This document shows positions 30,903 through 41,164 of a DNA stretch of 64,000 nt, one piece after another. Source of the DNA: an uncultured Candidatus Rokubacteria bacterium (GTDB lineage Bacteria; Methylomirabilota; Methylomirabilia; Rokubacteriales; CSP1-6); contig CAVWFS010000007.1 of assembly GCA_963754315.1 (NCBI GenBank), positions 192,001 through 256,000 of the forward strand, in the 5' to 3' direction. The notes beneath the pieces were generated by a model that saw only the letters and a program-made list of their open reading frames with translations, had not been told where the DNA came from and did no database searches. The translations under genes and the position numbers were made by a program. Positions within the stretch are counted from its first letter, which is position 1. Each line of letters starts with the position of its first letter.

Positions 30903-31982
30903 TTACTTCCCTACATTGAAACGGAAGTGGCAGATTTCACCGTCGTGGACAATGTAATCCTTACCTTCGAGGCGAAGTTGGCCCTTGGCTCGGACCTCGG
31001 CCAGTGAGCCGCGGGCCGCGAGCAGGTCATCGTAGCCGGTCACTTCAGCGCGAATGAATCCCCGTGCAATATCCGAATGCACCGCGGCGGCAGCATCCTG
31101 GGCGCGGGTGCCGTGAATGATCGACCATGCGCGCACCTCGTCGTCACCCACCGTGAAGAAGGAGATGAGGCCGAGCAGCGCGTAGCAGTCTCTCAGGACA
31201 CGGTTGATAGCGGGCTCACGCAGACCGAGGTCGGACAGGAACGCCTCGCGCTCCTCGCCCGCCAGCTGCGCGACCTCGGCCTCGATGACGGCCGACACCC
31301 ACCCCACGCGCGTGCGCGGACGTGCGGCTATGTCGCCAAGACCGTAGGTCTCGACGATCTGGTCACCGTCCGCGACGCCCTTCTCGTGCAGGTTGATGCA
31401 ATGCAGGATGGGCTTCTCGGAGAGGAAGGTGAAGCCACGGGTCAGGCGGGCTTCGTCAGCAGTCAAGGCCAGCGCGCGCAGCGGCTTCTCGTCTTCTAGC
31501 TCGCCCTTCAGCCGGCGAAGCACAGCCTGTTCCGCGACCTCCCCGTCCGTTCGCCGCTTACGGATCGACACCTCGAGCCGATCCAGGCGCCGCTCCACCA
31601 CCTCGAGGTCGGCCAGCAGGAGTTCCGTCTCCAGGTCGACGATGTCACGCTTCGGCTCGGCCACCCCCAACGCGGCATCATCGAAGGCCCGCACCACGTG
31701 GAGCAGGGCGTCGGCGGCGCGAAACTCGCGCGCTTCGAGAGGAGCCCGCTCCCCCTTGGCGATCCCGGCCAGATCGACGACCTCGAACGTCGCGAAGGTG
31801 GTCTTCTTCGGCGTGAATAGCGCGCTGAGCTGATCGACACGGGCATCCGGTACGCGCGCTACCCCCGTGTGCAGCTCAACTCGCCCCGGTTCAAATCGCG
31901 AGGTCGCCACGCTTGCCCCGGTGAGCAGATTGAACAGAGTCGTCTTGCCACTGCGGGGAAGTCCGATCAGCCCGATCTTCAC
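30903..31982 (-). CDS. ychF: YchF family ATPase
   Basis: GLPRSGKTT, DLAG, FFTVGDDEVRAW, LRLEGKDYIV. Confidence 0.92.
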   Translation of the reverse strand: MKIGLIGLPRSGKTTLFNLLTGASVATSRFEPGRVELHTGVARVPDARVDQLSALFTPKKTTFATFEVVDLAGIAKGERAPLEAREFRAADALLHVVRAFDDAALGVAEPKRDIVDLETELLLADLEVVERRLDRLEVSIRKRRTDGEVAEQAVLRRLKGELEDEKPLRALALTADEARLTRGFTFLSEKPILHCINLHEKGVADGDQIVETYGLGDIAARPRTRVGWVSAVIEAEVAQLAGEEREAFLSDLGLREPAINRVLRDCYALLGLISFFTVGDDEVRAWSIIHGTRAQDAAAAVHSDIARGFIRAEVTGYDDLLAARGSLAEVRAKGQLRLEGKDYIVHDGEICHFRFNVGK

Positions 31983-32079
31983 CGGGTCATTATGCCACCG
32001 GGGGCTGTGTTAAGGTGCCTTCGCTCTGAAGGACCTGCGCCGCCCGATCGACGCCAAAGCTGTCGCGGTCGCCCTGCTC

Positions 32080-32907
32080 TTGTCTTTGCTCTGGGGCGCC
32101 AACCCGGTGGCTATCAAGGTCGGACTCGCCGACATGCCACCTCTGCGCCTGGCCTGGATGCGCTTCGTGGTGGGGGCGGTGGTGGTTCTAGGGTGGGCGT
32201 GGGCGACGCGGCGCTTGCGCAACGTGCGGGTCGACCCGGGCGAGATCCGACCCCTTGCCGTGCTGGGCCTCATCTTCACCGCGCAGGTGGCCACCATGAA
32301 CGTCGGGACGGCCCTCACCAGCGCCGCCGACTCCGCCATCCTGCTGAACCTGTACGCGGTTCACACCGTCGTGCTGTCCCATTTCATGATCCCTGGGGAT
32401 CGCCTCACCCTTGGGCGCTCGGCGGGTGTGCTGGTGGGCTATGCGGGCATCGTGTTGCTCTTCGCTCCGCAGGCGGAAGCAGGGTCCTCGACCTTGCTCG
32501 GCAACGCCATGATGTTCGTGAGTTCGCTCCTACTCGCCGAGCGTACGGTGTACATGGCGCGCGAGATCCATCGCCTCGAACCGGTGACCTTGCTCCTGTC
32601 CCAGTTCGCCGTCGGATGCGCATTCTTCGTGGCTCTTTCGGCCGTCTTCGAGTCCGCGCCCACCCGCTGGACGTGGTCGTTGGTCGCCGTACTCGTCTTC
32701 CAGGGAGCGGTCATCGCCGGCTTCAACTTCATCGCCAACCTCTGGCTCCTGCGGCACTACCATCCCGGCGCCCTCGCTCCGTTCTTCCTTACCCAGCCCA
32801 TCTTCGGCGTCCTTCTCGCCAACGTCGTGACTGGAGACCCCCTCACCTTTGAGCTCATCCTGGCAAGCCTCGCGGTGGCAGCCGGGATCGGTCTCACCAC
32901 CCGCTGA
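32080..32907 (+). CDS. EamA/DMT family transporter; reading frame is open from ~32026
   Basis: LLWGANPVAIK, about ten TM segments. Confidence 0.88.
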   Translation: MSLLWGANPVAIKVGLADMPPLRLAWMRFVVGAVVVLGWAWATRRLRNVRVDPGEIRPLAVLGLIFTAQVATMNVGTALTSAADSAILLNLYAVHTVVLSHFMIPGDRLTLGRSAGVLVGYAGIVLLFAPQAEAGSSTLLGNAMMFVSSLLLAERTVYMAREIHRLEPVTLLLSQFAVGCAFFVALSAVFESAPTRWTWSLVAVLVFQGAVIAGFNFIANLWLLRHYHPGALAPFFLTQPIFGVLLANVVTGDPLTFELILASLAVAAGIGLTTR

Positions 32908-32948
32908 TACACCGGGGAGGACTGGAAAAACCCTGATATGCTGGGTGT

Positions 32949-33314
32949 ATGCCGAGCCAGCCCTCGAAGTCGCTCGAGGTTGTTCCCAACCTGCATCCCG
33001 ATCGCGATTATGAGATCAGCATGGCCGTTCCCGAGTTCACCTGCCTTTGCCCTCTGACGGGGCAGCCGGACTTCGCGACCCTTCGGATCCGCTATGTGCC
33101 TGATCAGCATCTGGTTGAGCTCAAATCGCTGAAGCTCTACGTGTGGTCCTACCGAGACCAGGGCGCGTTTCACGAGGACGTGACCAACCGGATTCTGAAC
33201 GACCTGGTGACCGCGACGCGACCGCGCTGGATGGAAGTGATCGGCGACTTCAATGTTCGGGGCGGCATCAAGACGGAGATCCGAGCGACCTACGGTAAGC
33301 GGCCCGAGATCTGA
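32949..33314 (+). CDS. queF: NADPH-dependent 7-cyano-7-deazaguanine reductase (unimodular)
   Basis: [32 protein letters not shown]. Confidence 0.96.
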   Translation: MPSQPSKSLEVVPNLHPDRDYEISMAVPEFTCLCPLTGQPDFATLRIRYVPDQHLVELKSLKLYVWSYRDQGAFHEDVTNRILNDLVTATRPRWMEVIGDFNVRGGIKTEIRATYGKRPEI

Positions 33315-33331
33315 GCACGGCCCGGGCACCC

Positions 33332-34345
33332 TCAGACGGTGATGGCGACCTTGATCGATGCCGGATCGCTGTGGGCGGCGAAGGCGTCGGCGATACGGTT
33401 GAGGCCGAACCGGTGGGTGATCAATGGCTGCGCGCGCACAAGGCCATCGGCGACCAGTCGCATGGCTTCCCCGAATTCGTCCTGGTAGATCATCGACCCC
33501 ATGATGGTGATCTCGCGCCGCACGATACCGAAGAACGCCACCGCCGTTGGATCGTGGGGAAGCCCCGTCAGCACGATCCTCCCCCCGGGCCTCACGAGCT
33601 CGAGCGCGTGGCTGACCGCGGCCGCGGCGCCCGCCGTTTCCACCACAAGATCGATCCCCTCGCGCCCGGCGAAACGTTGGGCCGCCTCGGCGAGTGTCCC
33701 CTCGGTAAGGGCATGCGTGTGCTCGGCGCCCAGCGCGCGCGCGAGGGGAAAGCGGCGCGTGCTGCGGCTCACCACCATGACGCGGGCGCCCCGCGCGCGC
33801 AGGACTTGCACGGCCAGCAAGCCTAAGGTGCCGCCCCCCACGACGGCCGCCGACTCGCCTGGCCGCGGGGCACCACGGCCTACTGCACGTGTTACCACCG
33901 CGAGGGGCTCCGTCAGGAGCAGGTCCTCGTCCGAGACGACAGCGGGGACCGGCCAGCAGCACCGCTCCGGCGCCTTCACCAACTCCGCGAAGCCGCCGTC
34001 GACGTCGATACCGATCGCCACCCGGCCCAGGCAGAGGTTGCGATTGCCTTCCGCGCAGAGAGGACACCGGCCGCACGAGAAGTTCGGCTCGAGCGCCACC
34101 CGGACACCGGGCCGCACACGCCGCACGTCAGCTCCGACTGCTTCCACCACCCCGAGCAGCTCATGGCCCATGATGCGCGGGTACCGTACGGGCCGATCCC
34201 CCGTCCAAATGCTGTAGTCGGTTCCGCAGAGCCCAGCCAAGGTGACCCGGACGAGGACGTCGCCAGGATCGAGGCTCGCCGGGGAGGTTTCCTCGACCCG
34301 GAGGTCGTGCGGTCCGTACAGGACGGCAGCTCTCACGCTTGTCAA
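33332..34345 (-). CDS. Zn-dependent alcohol dehydrogenase (MDR)
   Basis: LCGTD, GHE, CGRCPLC..NLC, GGGTLG. Confidence 0.92.
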   Translation of the reverse strand: MTSVRAAVLYGPHDLRVEETSPASLDPGDVLVRVTLAGLCGTDYSIWTGDRPVRYPRIMGHELLGVVEAVGADVRRVRPGVRVALEPNFSCGRCPLCAEGNRNLCLGRVAIGIDVDGGFAELVKAPERCCWPVPAVVSDEDLLLTEPLAVVTRAVGRGAPRPGESAAVVGGGTLGLLAVQVLRARGARVMVVSRSTRRFPLARALGAEHTHALTEGTLAEAAQRFAGREGIDLVVETAGAAAAVSHALELVRPGGRIVLTGLPHDPTAVAFFGIVRREITIMGSMIYQDEFGEAMRLVADGLVRAQPLITHRFGLNRIADAFAAHSDPASIKVAITV

Positions 34346-34372
34346 TCTACGTGACGTTGAGCGCGAGTGCCA

Positions 34373-35131
34373 TCAGGCCGCGGAATGACCACCGTCGAGA
34401 AACAGGGTCTGGCCCGTCATGAAGTCCGAAGCGGGCGAGGCCAAGTACACGGCCAGGGGACCGATCTCCTCCAGCCGACCGGTGCGCCGGGCGGGCACGT
34501 CGCGTACGAGGCGGTCGTGGATGCGCGGGTCCGAGAAGGCCGCCTGGTTCATGTCCGTCACGAACCAGCCGGGCGCGATGGCATTGACCTGGATATTGTG
34601 CCGGGCCCACTCCACGCCGAGCGCGCGCGTCAGCGCCGCCACTCCGCCCTTGCTGGCCCCGTAGGCGGTGTAGCCCGGCAGGCCCACCGCCCCCAGCACC
34701 GAGGCGAGGTTGATCACCTTGCCCGAGCGCTGGGCCACCAGATACGGCGCCGCCGCGCGGCAGCCGTGAAAGACGCCCGTCAGGTTCACGTCGAGAACCT
34801 CTCGCCACTGCTCGGATGACATCTCCGCCAACGGGACGACCTTGGCAATGCCCGAGTTGTTCACCACGATGTCCAGGCGACCGAGCTCGGCGACCGTGCG
34901 TCGCATGAGTCCTTCCACGTCCTCCCACCGCCTCACGTCCGTGGGCACCACCAGGGCGCGCCCTCCGGCGTCGACGACGGCCTGGGCGCTCTCCTCCAGA
35001 TGCGGCTCGGACCGCGCCGCCAAACATACCGCCGCGCCCGCCGCCGCCAGCGCGATGGCGACGGCCTTGCCGAGGCCCCGGCTGGCGCCGGTGACCACGG
35101 CGACCCTGCCCGTCAAAGGCTGATGCGTCAC
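34373..35131 (-). CDS. SDR family oxidoreductase
   Basis: TGASRGLG, YGASK, NAIAPG; GTG overlaps upstream stop. Confidence 0.92.
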   Translation of the reverse strand: MTHQPLTGRVAVVTGASRGLGKAVAIALAAAGAAVCLAARSEPHLEESAQAVVDAGGRALVVPTDVRRWEDVEGLMRRTVAELGRLDIVVNNSGIAKVVPLAEMSSEQWREVLDVNLTGVFHGCRAAAPYLVAQRSGKVINLASVLGAVGLPGYTAYGASKGGVAALTRALGVEWARHNIQVNAIAPGWFVTDMNQAAFSDPRIHDRLVRDVPARRTGRLEEIGPLAVYLASPASDFMTGQTLFLDGGHSAA

Positions 35132-35713
35132 GGGGGTTGGTCCCTCGCCGCGAGGGCCCGCAGGAAGTTCAATCGGATCTCGTCGGGACGCTCCGAGTAG
35201 GCGGGCACCGGCTCGTGGGGATCGAAGGCCGTGCTGAGCACGAGCAAGCGTGGCCCGGGTTTCTGGCCGATCTCGGCCAGGACTCCCTGCAATGCGTCGG
35301 CATCTTCCACACGGGCCACCTCCGTCATGCCGGCTGCCCTCCCGGCAGCGACCCAATCCACCAAGACGGGCGGCAGAGCCTGTCCTCCCGAGGACTCATA
35401 GTGGAGGTTCTCGAACAGCAGGATGGTGAGGTTGGTGGCGCGGGCGGCCGCCGCCGTGGCCAGGGTACCGAGATTCATCAAGAGTGAGCCGTCACCCTCG
35501 AGGGCAATCACCCCCATCTGTGGCCTCGCGAGCGCCATGCCGAGCGCGAGTGGAATGGCAGCGCCCATGGCATCGCAGAGTGCGACGTACGGTACCGGCA
35601 CCTCCAGATGCGGGCAGGTACCGGGCGTTGGCGCCGAGACCGGCCACGAGCAGGTCACGCTCCGGATCGAGTGCTCGCACGAGGGTTTCGAGATAGTGCC
35701 TCCGCGGCGTCAT
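35128..35713 (-). CDS. TPP-dependent decarboxylase beta subunit (ComE/phosphonopyruvate decarboxylase-like), frameshifted at ~35612
   Basis: MTPRRHYLE..VAGLGANARYL shifts into PHLE..AMG..EGDGSLLMNLG..YESSGGQ. Confidence 0.8.
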
Positions 35714-36231
35714 GCGAGATCCTCCGCGCTGAAGAGCAAGGCGAAGGGGCTCTGAGTCTCTCGGACGAACTCGAGACCCTGGCCGATCTGCTCGGCCACC
35801 CGGTTTGGGCCGCCTGCGCGCGCGTACGGAATGCGCCAGGCGGCCAAGGTAGGCTCGGTCACCGCCCCCTTGGGCGCGTGGTAGTAGATCGGATCGCGCG
35901 CCTCGCCGCGGTACGAGACCAGCATGAAGCACGGCAGGCGGTACAGATGCACGAGCGAGCCGATCACCGCGCCGCAGTTGAGCAGCCCCGCGTTCTGGAT
36001 CACCACCGCCGCCCGCGTCCCCACGAGCTCCGCCCCGCACGCCACCGCCACGGCCTCTTCCTCTCGGGCCACGTCGATCACTCGCAGACGAGGGGATTCC
36101 CTCATGACTGCCATCAGCCAGCCGATCCACGTGTCGGGCACGGAAGGCACGAGGGCGACTCCGGCGTTCTCCAGGGCGCTCACGATCCGCCGTGCCCCCT
36201 GGCGCGCGACGACCTCACCGCCGGCCATCAC
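35710..36231 (-). CDS. TPP-dependent decarboxylase alpha subunit (ComD-like)
   Basis: SVPDTW, REEEAVAVACG, QNAGLLN, SYRG. Confidence 0.85.
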   Translation of the reverse strand: MMAGGEVVARQGARRIVSALENAGVALVPSVPDTWIGWLMAVMRESPRLRVIDVAREEEAVAVACGAELVGTRAAVVIQNAGLLNCGAVIGSLVHLYRLPCFMLVSYRGEARDPIYYHAPKGAVTEPTLAAWRIPYARAGGPNRVAEQIGQGLEFVRETQSPFALLFSAEDLA

Positions 36232-37268
36232 CGGACCTCGAGGAAAGCATTGGGGGGTAAGCGGACGGCCACCGAGTCGCCCGCTTGAAGGTTCGTTTCT
36301 CCCCGTACTGTGGCCAGGATGCGGGTACCGCCAGCAATGTCCAGCCTCACCTCACTATGATCCCCGAGATACATGACGCTCACGACCTTAGCCGTCAGGG
36401 CATCATGCCCCGCACTCGGCAACTCGATCCGTTCCGGCCGGATCAGCAACTGCATCCCCTCGCCGGCTCTGAGGGCCCGAGGCAGGTGGAGGGCGAGGCG
36501 GACTCCCCCGGTGAGCTCGACCGTCTCACGATCGACCGCCACCCCTTCCACCACGCTCGAGGCGCCGATGAAATCAGCGACGAAGCGGGTGGCCGGGCGT
36601 TCGTAGATGTCGCGCGGGCGACCGAGCTGCTCGACCTTGCCGGCCTTCATCACGGCGATGCGATCGGAGAGCCCGAGGGCCTCGTGCTGATCGTGGGTCA
36701 CGAACACCGTGGTGATCCCGACTCGACGCTGGATCTCTCGCAGCTCGGCCCGCATTTCCTCGCGGAGCTTGCGGTCGAGGGCGGCCAGAGGTTCGTCGAG
36801 GAGGAGCACGCGCGGGCGGATCACGAGGGCTCGCGCCAGCGCCACCCGCTGCTGCATACCGCCCGAGAGCGCGGCAGGTCGCGTGGCCCCGGCTCCGGGT
36901 AGCCTGACGAGAGACAGGGCCTCGGCGACCCGAGCCGCGATATCTCGCCGGGGCACACGTCGCTCCCGCAGGCCGAAGGCGACGTTATCGGCGACCGTCA
37001 TGTGCGGGAATAGCGCGTACGACTGGAACACGACCCCAAGACCGCGCTGGTATGGGGGCTGATCGGTGATGTCCGCGCCATCGATGAGCACACGGCCGCG
37101 ATCCGGCGCCACGAACCCGGCCAGGACGTTGAGGGTGGTCGTCTTGCCACAGCCTGATGGCCCGAGCAGGGCCAGGAACTCGCCCTCCTCCACAGTGAGG
37201 TCTATGTCGTCGAGGGCGCGCAGGGCACCGAAGTGCTTCGAGACGCCTTGAAGCCTCACCACACTCAT
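36228..37268 (-). CDS. ABC transporter ATPase (PotA-like)
   Basis: GPSGCGKT, LSGGMQQR, LLLDEP, TOBE domain. Confidence 0.95.
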   Translation of the reverse strand: MSVVRLQGVSKHFGALRALDDIDLTVEEGEFLALLGPSGCGKTTTLNVLAGFVAPDRGRVLIDGADITDQPPYQRGLGVVFQSYALFPHMTVADNVAFGLRERRVPRRDIAARVAEALSLVRLPGAGATRPAALSGGMQQRVALARALVIRPRVLLLDEPLAALDRKLREEMRAELREIQRRVGITTVFVTHDQHEALGLSDRIAVMKAGKVEQLGRPRDIYERPATRFVADFIGASSVVEGVAVDRETVELTGGVRLALHLPRALRAGEGMQLLIRPERIELPSAGHDALTAKVVSVMYLGDHSEVRLDIAGGTRILATVRGETNLQAGDSVAVRLPPNAFLEVR

Positions 37269-37271
37269 GGT

Positions 37272-38078
37272 CTAGTCGTGCTCCTCGATCTGGAAGACGC
37301 GAGACAAATTCAGGTACCGGTCGGCGACCACCACGCCGACCAGGGTGGCCCCGATGAAGATCACCGAGACAGCGGCCATGGTTGGATCCGTGTAGTTGAC
37401 CACGTAGGTGAACATGGCCACCGGCAGAATCTCGGTCACGCGCGTGGAAATGAAGAGGGAAACCACGAACTCGTTGACGGAGACGATGAGGGCGAAGAGA
37501 AATGCGGCGAACAGCCCCGGCCGCAGCAGGGGCAGGGTCACCCGGCGAAAGACGCGCCACGGGCTGGCGCCCAGGCTGGCCGCTGCCCGTTCGAGCAACG
37601 GATCGAGATTGGCCACGCTCACGCTCACCGAGCGCACCACGAAGGGCAAGACGACGATCACGTGGGCCACGATGAGCACCACCCGGCTGGTGAGCACGCC
37701 GAGCGCGGCAGCCAGGATGAGCATTCCGAGTCCCGCCGCCACGCCGGGGATCACCAGGGGCGACAGAAGGATGGCCGTCCACAGGGCCGGCCTGCGCACC
37801 CGTCCACGCCCAAGGGCCAGGGCGGCCGCCGTGCCCAGAGGCAGGGCCACGAGGGCGCTGAGACCGGTCACGAAGACGCTGTTGAGAGCGGCCCGTTGAA
37901 ATTGTGGATAGCTGAGCGCATTCACGTACCAGCGCAGCGACCAGCCCGCGGGCGGGAACGACATGATCTCAGTCGGATTGAACGAGGCGACCAGCACGAT
38001 GACGGTCGGCAGGGTCATGAACGCCAGCAAGGCCACCACGAGCACCCGTGTCATCACGGGCTGACCCGCGCGAGCCAC
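37272..38078 (-). CDS. ABC permease (PotC-like)
   Basis: WSLRWY, LERAAASLGA EAA loop. Confidence 0.93.
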   Translation of the reverse strand: MARAGQPVMTRVLVVALLAFMTLPTVIVLVASFNPTEIMSFPPAGWSLRWYVNALSYPQFQRAALNSVFVTGLSALVALPLGTAAALALGRGRVRRPALWTAILLSPLVIPGVAAGLGMLILAAALGVLTSRVVLIVAHVIVVLPFVVRSVSVSVANLDPLLERAAASLGASPWRVFRRVTLPLLRPGLFAAFLFALIVSVNEFVVSLFISTRVTEILPVAMFTYVVNYTDPTMAAVSVIFIGATLVGVVVADRYLNLSRVFQIEEHD

Positions 38079-38848
38079 CGGCTGGCCCCGCCCAGTAGGC
38101 CAAAGGTCAGGATGAGCGCAACCGCCGCAAAGGCGGCGCTGCCGGGCCAGTTGAAGGAGTCGAGGGCCAGATCCTTGACCACGTTGGCGATCATCTTGAC
38201 CCGTCCACCTCCCAGCAACTCTGGCGTGGCAAAAGCGCTGAAGGTCCAGGCGAACACCACGAGAGAGCCCGAGGCAATCCCCGGACGGGAGAGGGGCAGA
38301 GTCACCCTCACGAACGTCCGCCAGGGCCCGGCGCCGAGACTCGCCGCGGCACGCTCATAGGCAGGCTCGATGTGGCTGATGGCGGCGGCCAGGATCAGGA
38401 TCATGGTCGGCATCGAGAAGTGCACGAGCCCGATGAGGACCCCTGAGGGTTCGAAGAGGAGCTTCACCGGCCAGCGCACGAAAGAGTTGCCGAGCACCAG
38501 CATCCAGGCGTACGTGCGAACGATGGCGCCCGTGAAGAACGGCGCCAGGGTGAGGACCAGGATGAGCGAGCGCGTCCGGCGTGAGCGGGTCCGCGCGAGC
38601 GCGTAGGCGATCGGGTACGAGGCAAGCAGGGTGAAGATCGTCGTGAGCGCGCTCAGGACGATGGTGTCGGCGATCACGCGCAGGTACTGTGGTGCCAGCA
38701 CGCCACGAAAGTTGGCCGAGGTCAGGCCGCCCGTTTTCAGCGATCCCGGCACGAACTCGAGGACGCTGTACTGCAGGAGCGCCCCGAGCGCCGCCGCCAG
38801 GACGGCCATCGCGGTGAGGGCGGGAGCCAGCAGGAGACTGCCCCTCAC
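38054..38848 (-). CDS. ABC permease (PotB-like)
   Basis: SYPIAY, VRTYAW, ERAAASLGA; GTG at 38848. Confidence 0.92.
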   Translation of the reverse strand: MRGSLLLAPALTAMAVLAAALGALLQYSVLEFVPGSLKTGGLTSANFRGVLAPQYLRVIADTIVLSALTTIFTLLASYPIAYALARTRSRRTRSLILVLTLAPFFTGAIVRTYAWMLVLGNSFVRWPVKLLFEPSGVLIGLVHFSMPTMILILAAAISHIEPAYERAAASLGAGPWRTFVRVTLPLSRPGIASGSLVVFAWTFSAFATPELLGGGRVKMIANVVKDLALDSFNWPGSAAFAAVALILTFGLLGGASRWLARVSP

Positions 38849-41148
38849 GGTCCGAGCAAGCCAAGGGCCCGGGCCACCCGCTCGGCCGTGATGGGCAAGG
38901 TCGTCACCCTGACCCCGGTGGCATCCGCAATCGCGTTGGCCAGCGCCGCTGCCGGCGGGCCGATAGGCGGCTCGCCGATACCGCGCGCTCCGAAAGGCCC
39001 CAACCCCTCGCCGCTCTCGAGAATGATCGTCTCGATATCGGGGATGTCGGTCGCGCTCGGGATCAGGTACGAGGCAAATGATGTCGTGAGGTTGATCCCG
39101 TTCTCGAGGAGGATCTCCTCCATCAGGCCGTAGCCGAGTCCCTGAACGGCGCCCCCTTGGATCTGCCCGGACACACTTTGAGGATTGATGGCGCGGCCCA
39201 CGTCGTGAGCGGCGACATGCTTGCGCACGCGCACCAGCCCGGTCTCCAAATCGACCTCGACCTCTACCGCGTGCGCCCCGAACGTGTAATCCGGAAACAC
39301 CTTCCCCTGACCCCGCTCGAGATCGACCGGCTCGCCGGCGGGAGCGTGGTACACGCCGAGATGACTGCGCGCAACACCGATGCGCGCGCACTGCCGCAGC
39401 ACGTCGATGAGCGGCAGTCGGCGCCCGTCGGGCGCCTCCGCGGTGCTCGCGGCCAGGGTGAGCATGGTCGGCTCGGTCCCGAGCATCGCGGCGGCCACCC
39501 CGAGGATGTGCGTGCGCAGCTCGCGACAGGCCTTGAGCACCGCGTTGCCGGACATGTAGAGCTGCCTGCTGGCCGTCGTGGTTCCGGCCAGCGGAGTCAG
39601 CGCACTGTCGGCGATATGAATGGTCACGTGCTCCAGTTCGACCCCCAGCACCTCGGCCGCGATCTGACAGAGCGAGGAAGCCTGCCCGCCTCCCACGTCC
39701 GGGACGCCGCACCGGATGACGAGGCTGCCGTCCATCTCGAATCCAATCCAGGCGCTCGACCAGTCGTGAAGCCACACGATACGACCGTACGGCTGGAAGT
39801 TGCTGGCCAGACCTCGGCCGATCCGCACGTGTGGCGCCGGTGGCGGCGAGGGCTCGCCAAGCCCAGCCCAGGCCCGCGCGGCCAGCTCGGGCAAGGCCAC
39901 ATGCGTTTCCATCACCTGCCCCACCGGAAGTGTGTCGCCTCGACGGAGCGCGTTGAGAGCGCGGATCTCAACCGGGTCGAGGCGAAGGGCGTGGGCGACT
40001 CGATCGATTTGCGACTCATAGCCGAAGACCATCTGCATCGCCCCGAAGCCGCGCATGGCGCTCGTGGGCGGGTTGTTGGTGTACGCCACGCGTGCATCCA
40101 CTCGCACGTTGGGGACGCGATAAGGTCCGGCCGCGGTCACCGTGGAGTAGAGCAGGACCAGGGCCGACAGGTAGGCATAAGCCCCGGCGTCTGACACGAG
40201 GGAGATGTCGTGGGCGAGAATCTCGCCGGTGGGAGCCGCTGCCGTCCGGTAGCGCATCACGTACGGATGCCGCTTGGCCCGCGCGAGCAGCGATTCCTGG
40301 CGGCTCCAGACCATCTTCACGGGACGGCCGGTGCGGAGGACCAGCAGGCCGAGGTAGACCTCGACGGTCACGTCTTCCTTGCCCCCGAAGCCACCCCCGA
40401 GGTAGGTGCCGATGATCCGCACGCGATTCTGGGGCACCGCCAGCACCTCGGCCACGTCCCGGAAATGCTCGATGACCTGGGTTGAAACACGGATTGTGAT
40501 GACACCGTCGGTGTCGAGCCAGGCGACGCCAGACTCGGGTTCGAGGTAGCTCGAGTCGACGAACTGGGTTCGATACTCCCCTTCCACCACGGTCGCCGCT
40601 CTGGCCAGGGCGGCCTCCACGTCGCCTCGGGTGATCCGCCAGTGGGCAAGCAGATTGGTTCCCTCGTGAACGAGCGGCGCCCCGGGAGCGAGCGCATCCT
40701 CCGGGTCGAAGACGCCAGGGCCCGGCTCGTAGTCGACCTCCACGACCTCGGCGGCGGCTCGCGCTTGTTCCAAGGTTTCGGCGGCCACCAAGGCCACGGG
40801 CTCCCCCTGGTGCCGAACTCGCTTCTCGGCCAGGACGTGCAGGCGCGCCCGCAATGGGCCGACGGCGGTCGTCTGGCCCGGTACGTCCGTCCAGAGCGTG
40901 TTGCGCGGGACGTCGGTTGCGGTGAGCACGACCGCCACCCCGGGCATCGCCAGCGCGCGCTTCGTGCAGAGACGCCCGATGCGCGCGCAGGCGTGCGGCG
41001 AGCGCACGACCACGGCGTGCAGCATGCCCGGCATCGCCCAGTCGGCCGCGTAGGCAGTGGCAGCCTGCACCTTGTCGCGCGCATCGTGACGGACGACTGA
41101 CCGACCGATGATTTGTAGCGACTCCTCGAGGACCCGGGTGTCCGTCAA
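38845..41148 (-). CDS. Xanthine dehydrogenase family molybdopterin subunit
   Basis: LGGGFGGK, AMRGFG, DVGRAINP, GIGEPP; likely TTG start at 41148. Confidence 0.92.
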   Translation of the reverse strand: MTDTRVLEESLQIIGRSVVRHDARDKVQAATAYAADWAMPGMLHAVVVRSPHACARIGRLCTKRALAMPGVAVVLTATDVPRNTLWTDVPGQTTAVGPLRARLHVLAEKRVRHQGEPVALVAAETLEQARAAAEVVEVDYEPGPGVFDPEDALAPGAPLVHEGTNLLAHWRITRGDVEAALARAATVVEGEYRTQFVDSSYLEPESGVAWLDTDGVITIRVSTQVIEHFRDVAEVLAVPQNRVRIIGTYLGGGFGGKEDVTVEVYLGLLVLRTGRPVKMVWSRQESLLARAKRHPYVMRYRTAAAPTGEILAHDISLVSDAGAYAYLSALVLLYSTVTAAGPYRVPNVRVDARVAYTNNPPTSAMRGFGAMQMVFGYESQIDRVAHALRLDPVEIRALNALRRGDTLPVGQVMETHVALPELAARAWAGLGEPSPPPAPHVRIGRGLASNFQPYGRIVWLHDWSSAWIGFEMDGSLVIRCGVPDVGGGQASSLCQIAAEVLGVELEHVTIHIADSALTPLAGTTTASRQLYMSGNAVLKACRELRTHILGVAAAMLGTEPTMLTLAASTAEAPDGRRLPLIDVLRQCARIGVARSHLGVYHAPAGEPVDLERGQGKVFPDYTFGAHAVEVEVDLETGLVRVRKHVAAHDVGRAINPQSVSGQIQGGAVQGLGYGLMEEILLENGINLTTSFASYLIPSATDIPDIETIILESGEGLGPFGARGIGEPPIGPPAAALANAIADATGVRVTTLPITAERVARALGLLGP

Positions 41149-41164
41149 TCTCGGATTCTCTTCG

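Noticed and set aside
32080..33314. preQ1 riboswitch, or EamA as a queuosine-precursor transporter
   Set aside because: No riboswitch motif; queF appears to have its own leaderless promoter, so only adjacency supports it.
35128..36231. Coenzyme M or phosphonate biosynthesis
   Set aside because: No comABC or PEP mutase; the context is uptake and catabolism.
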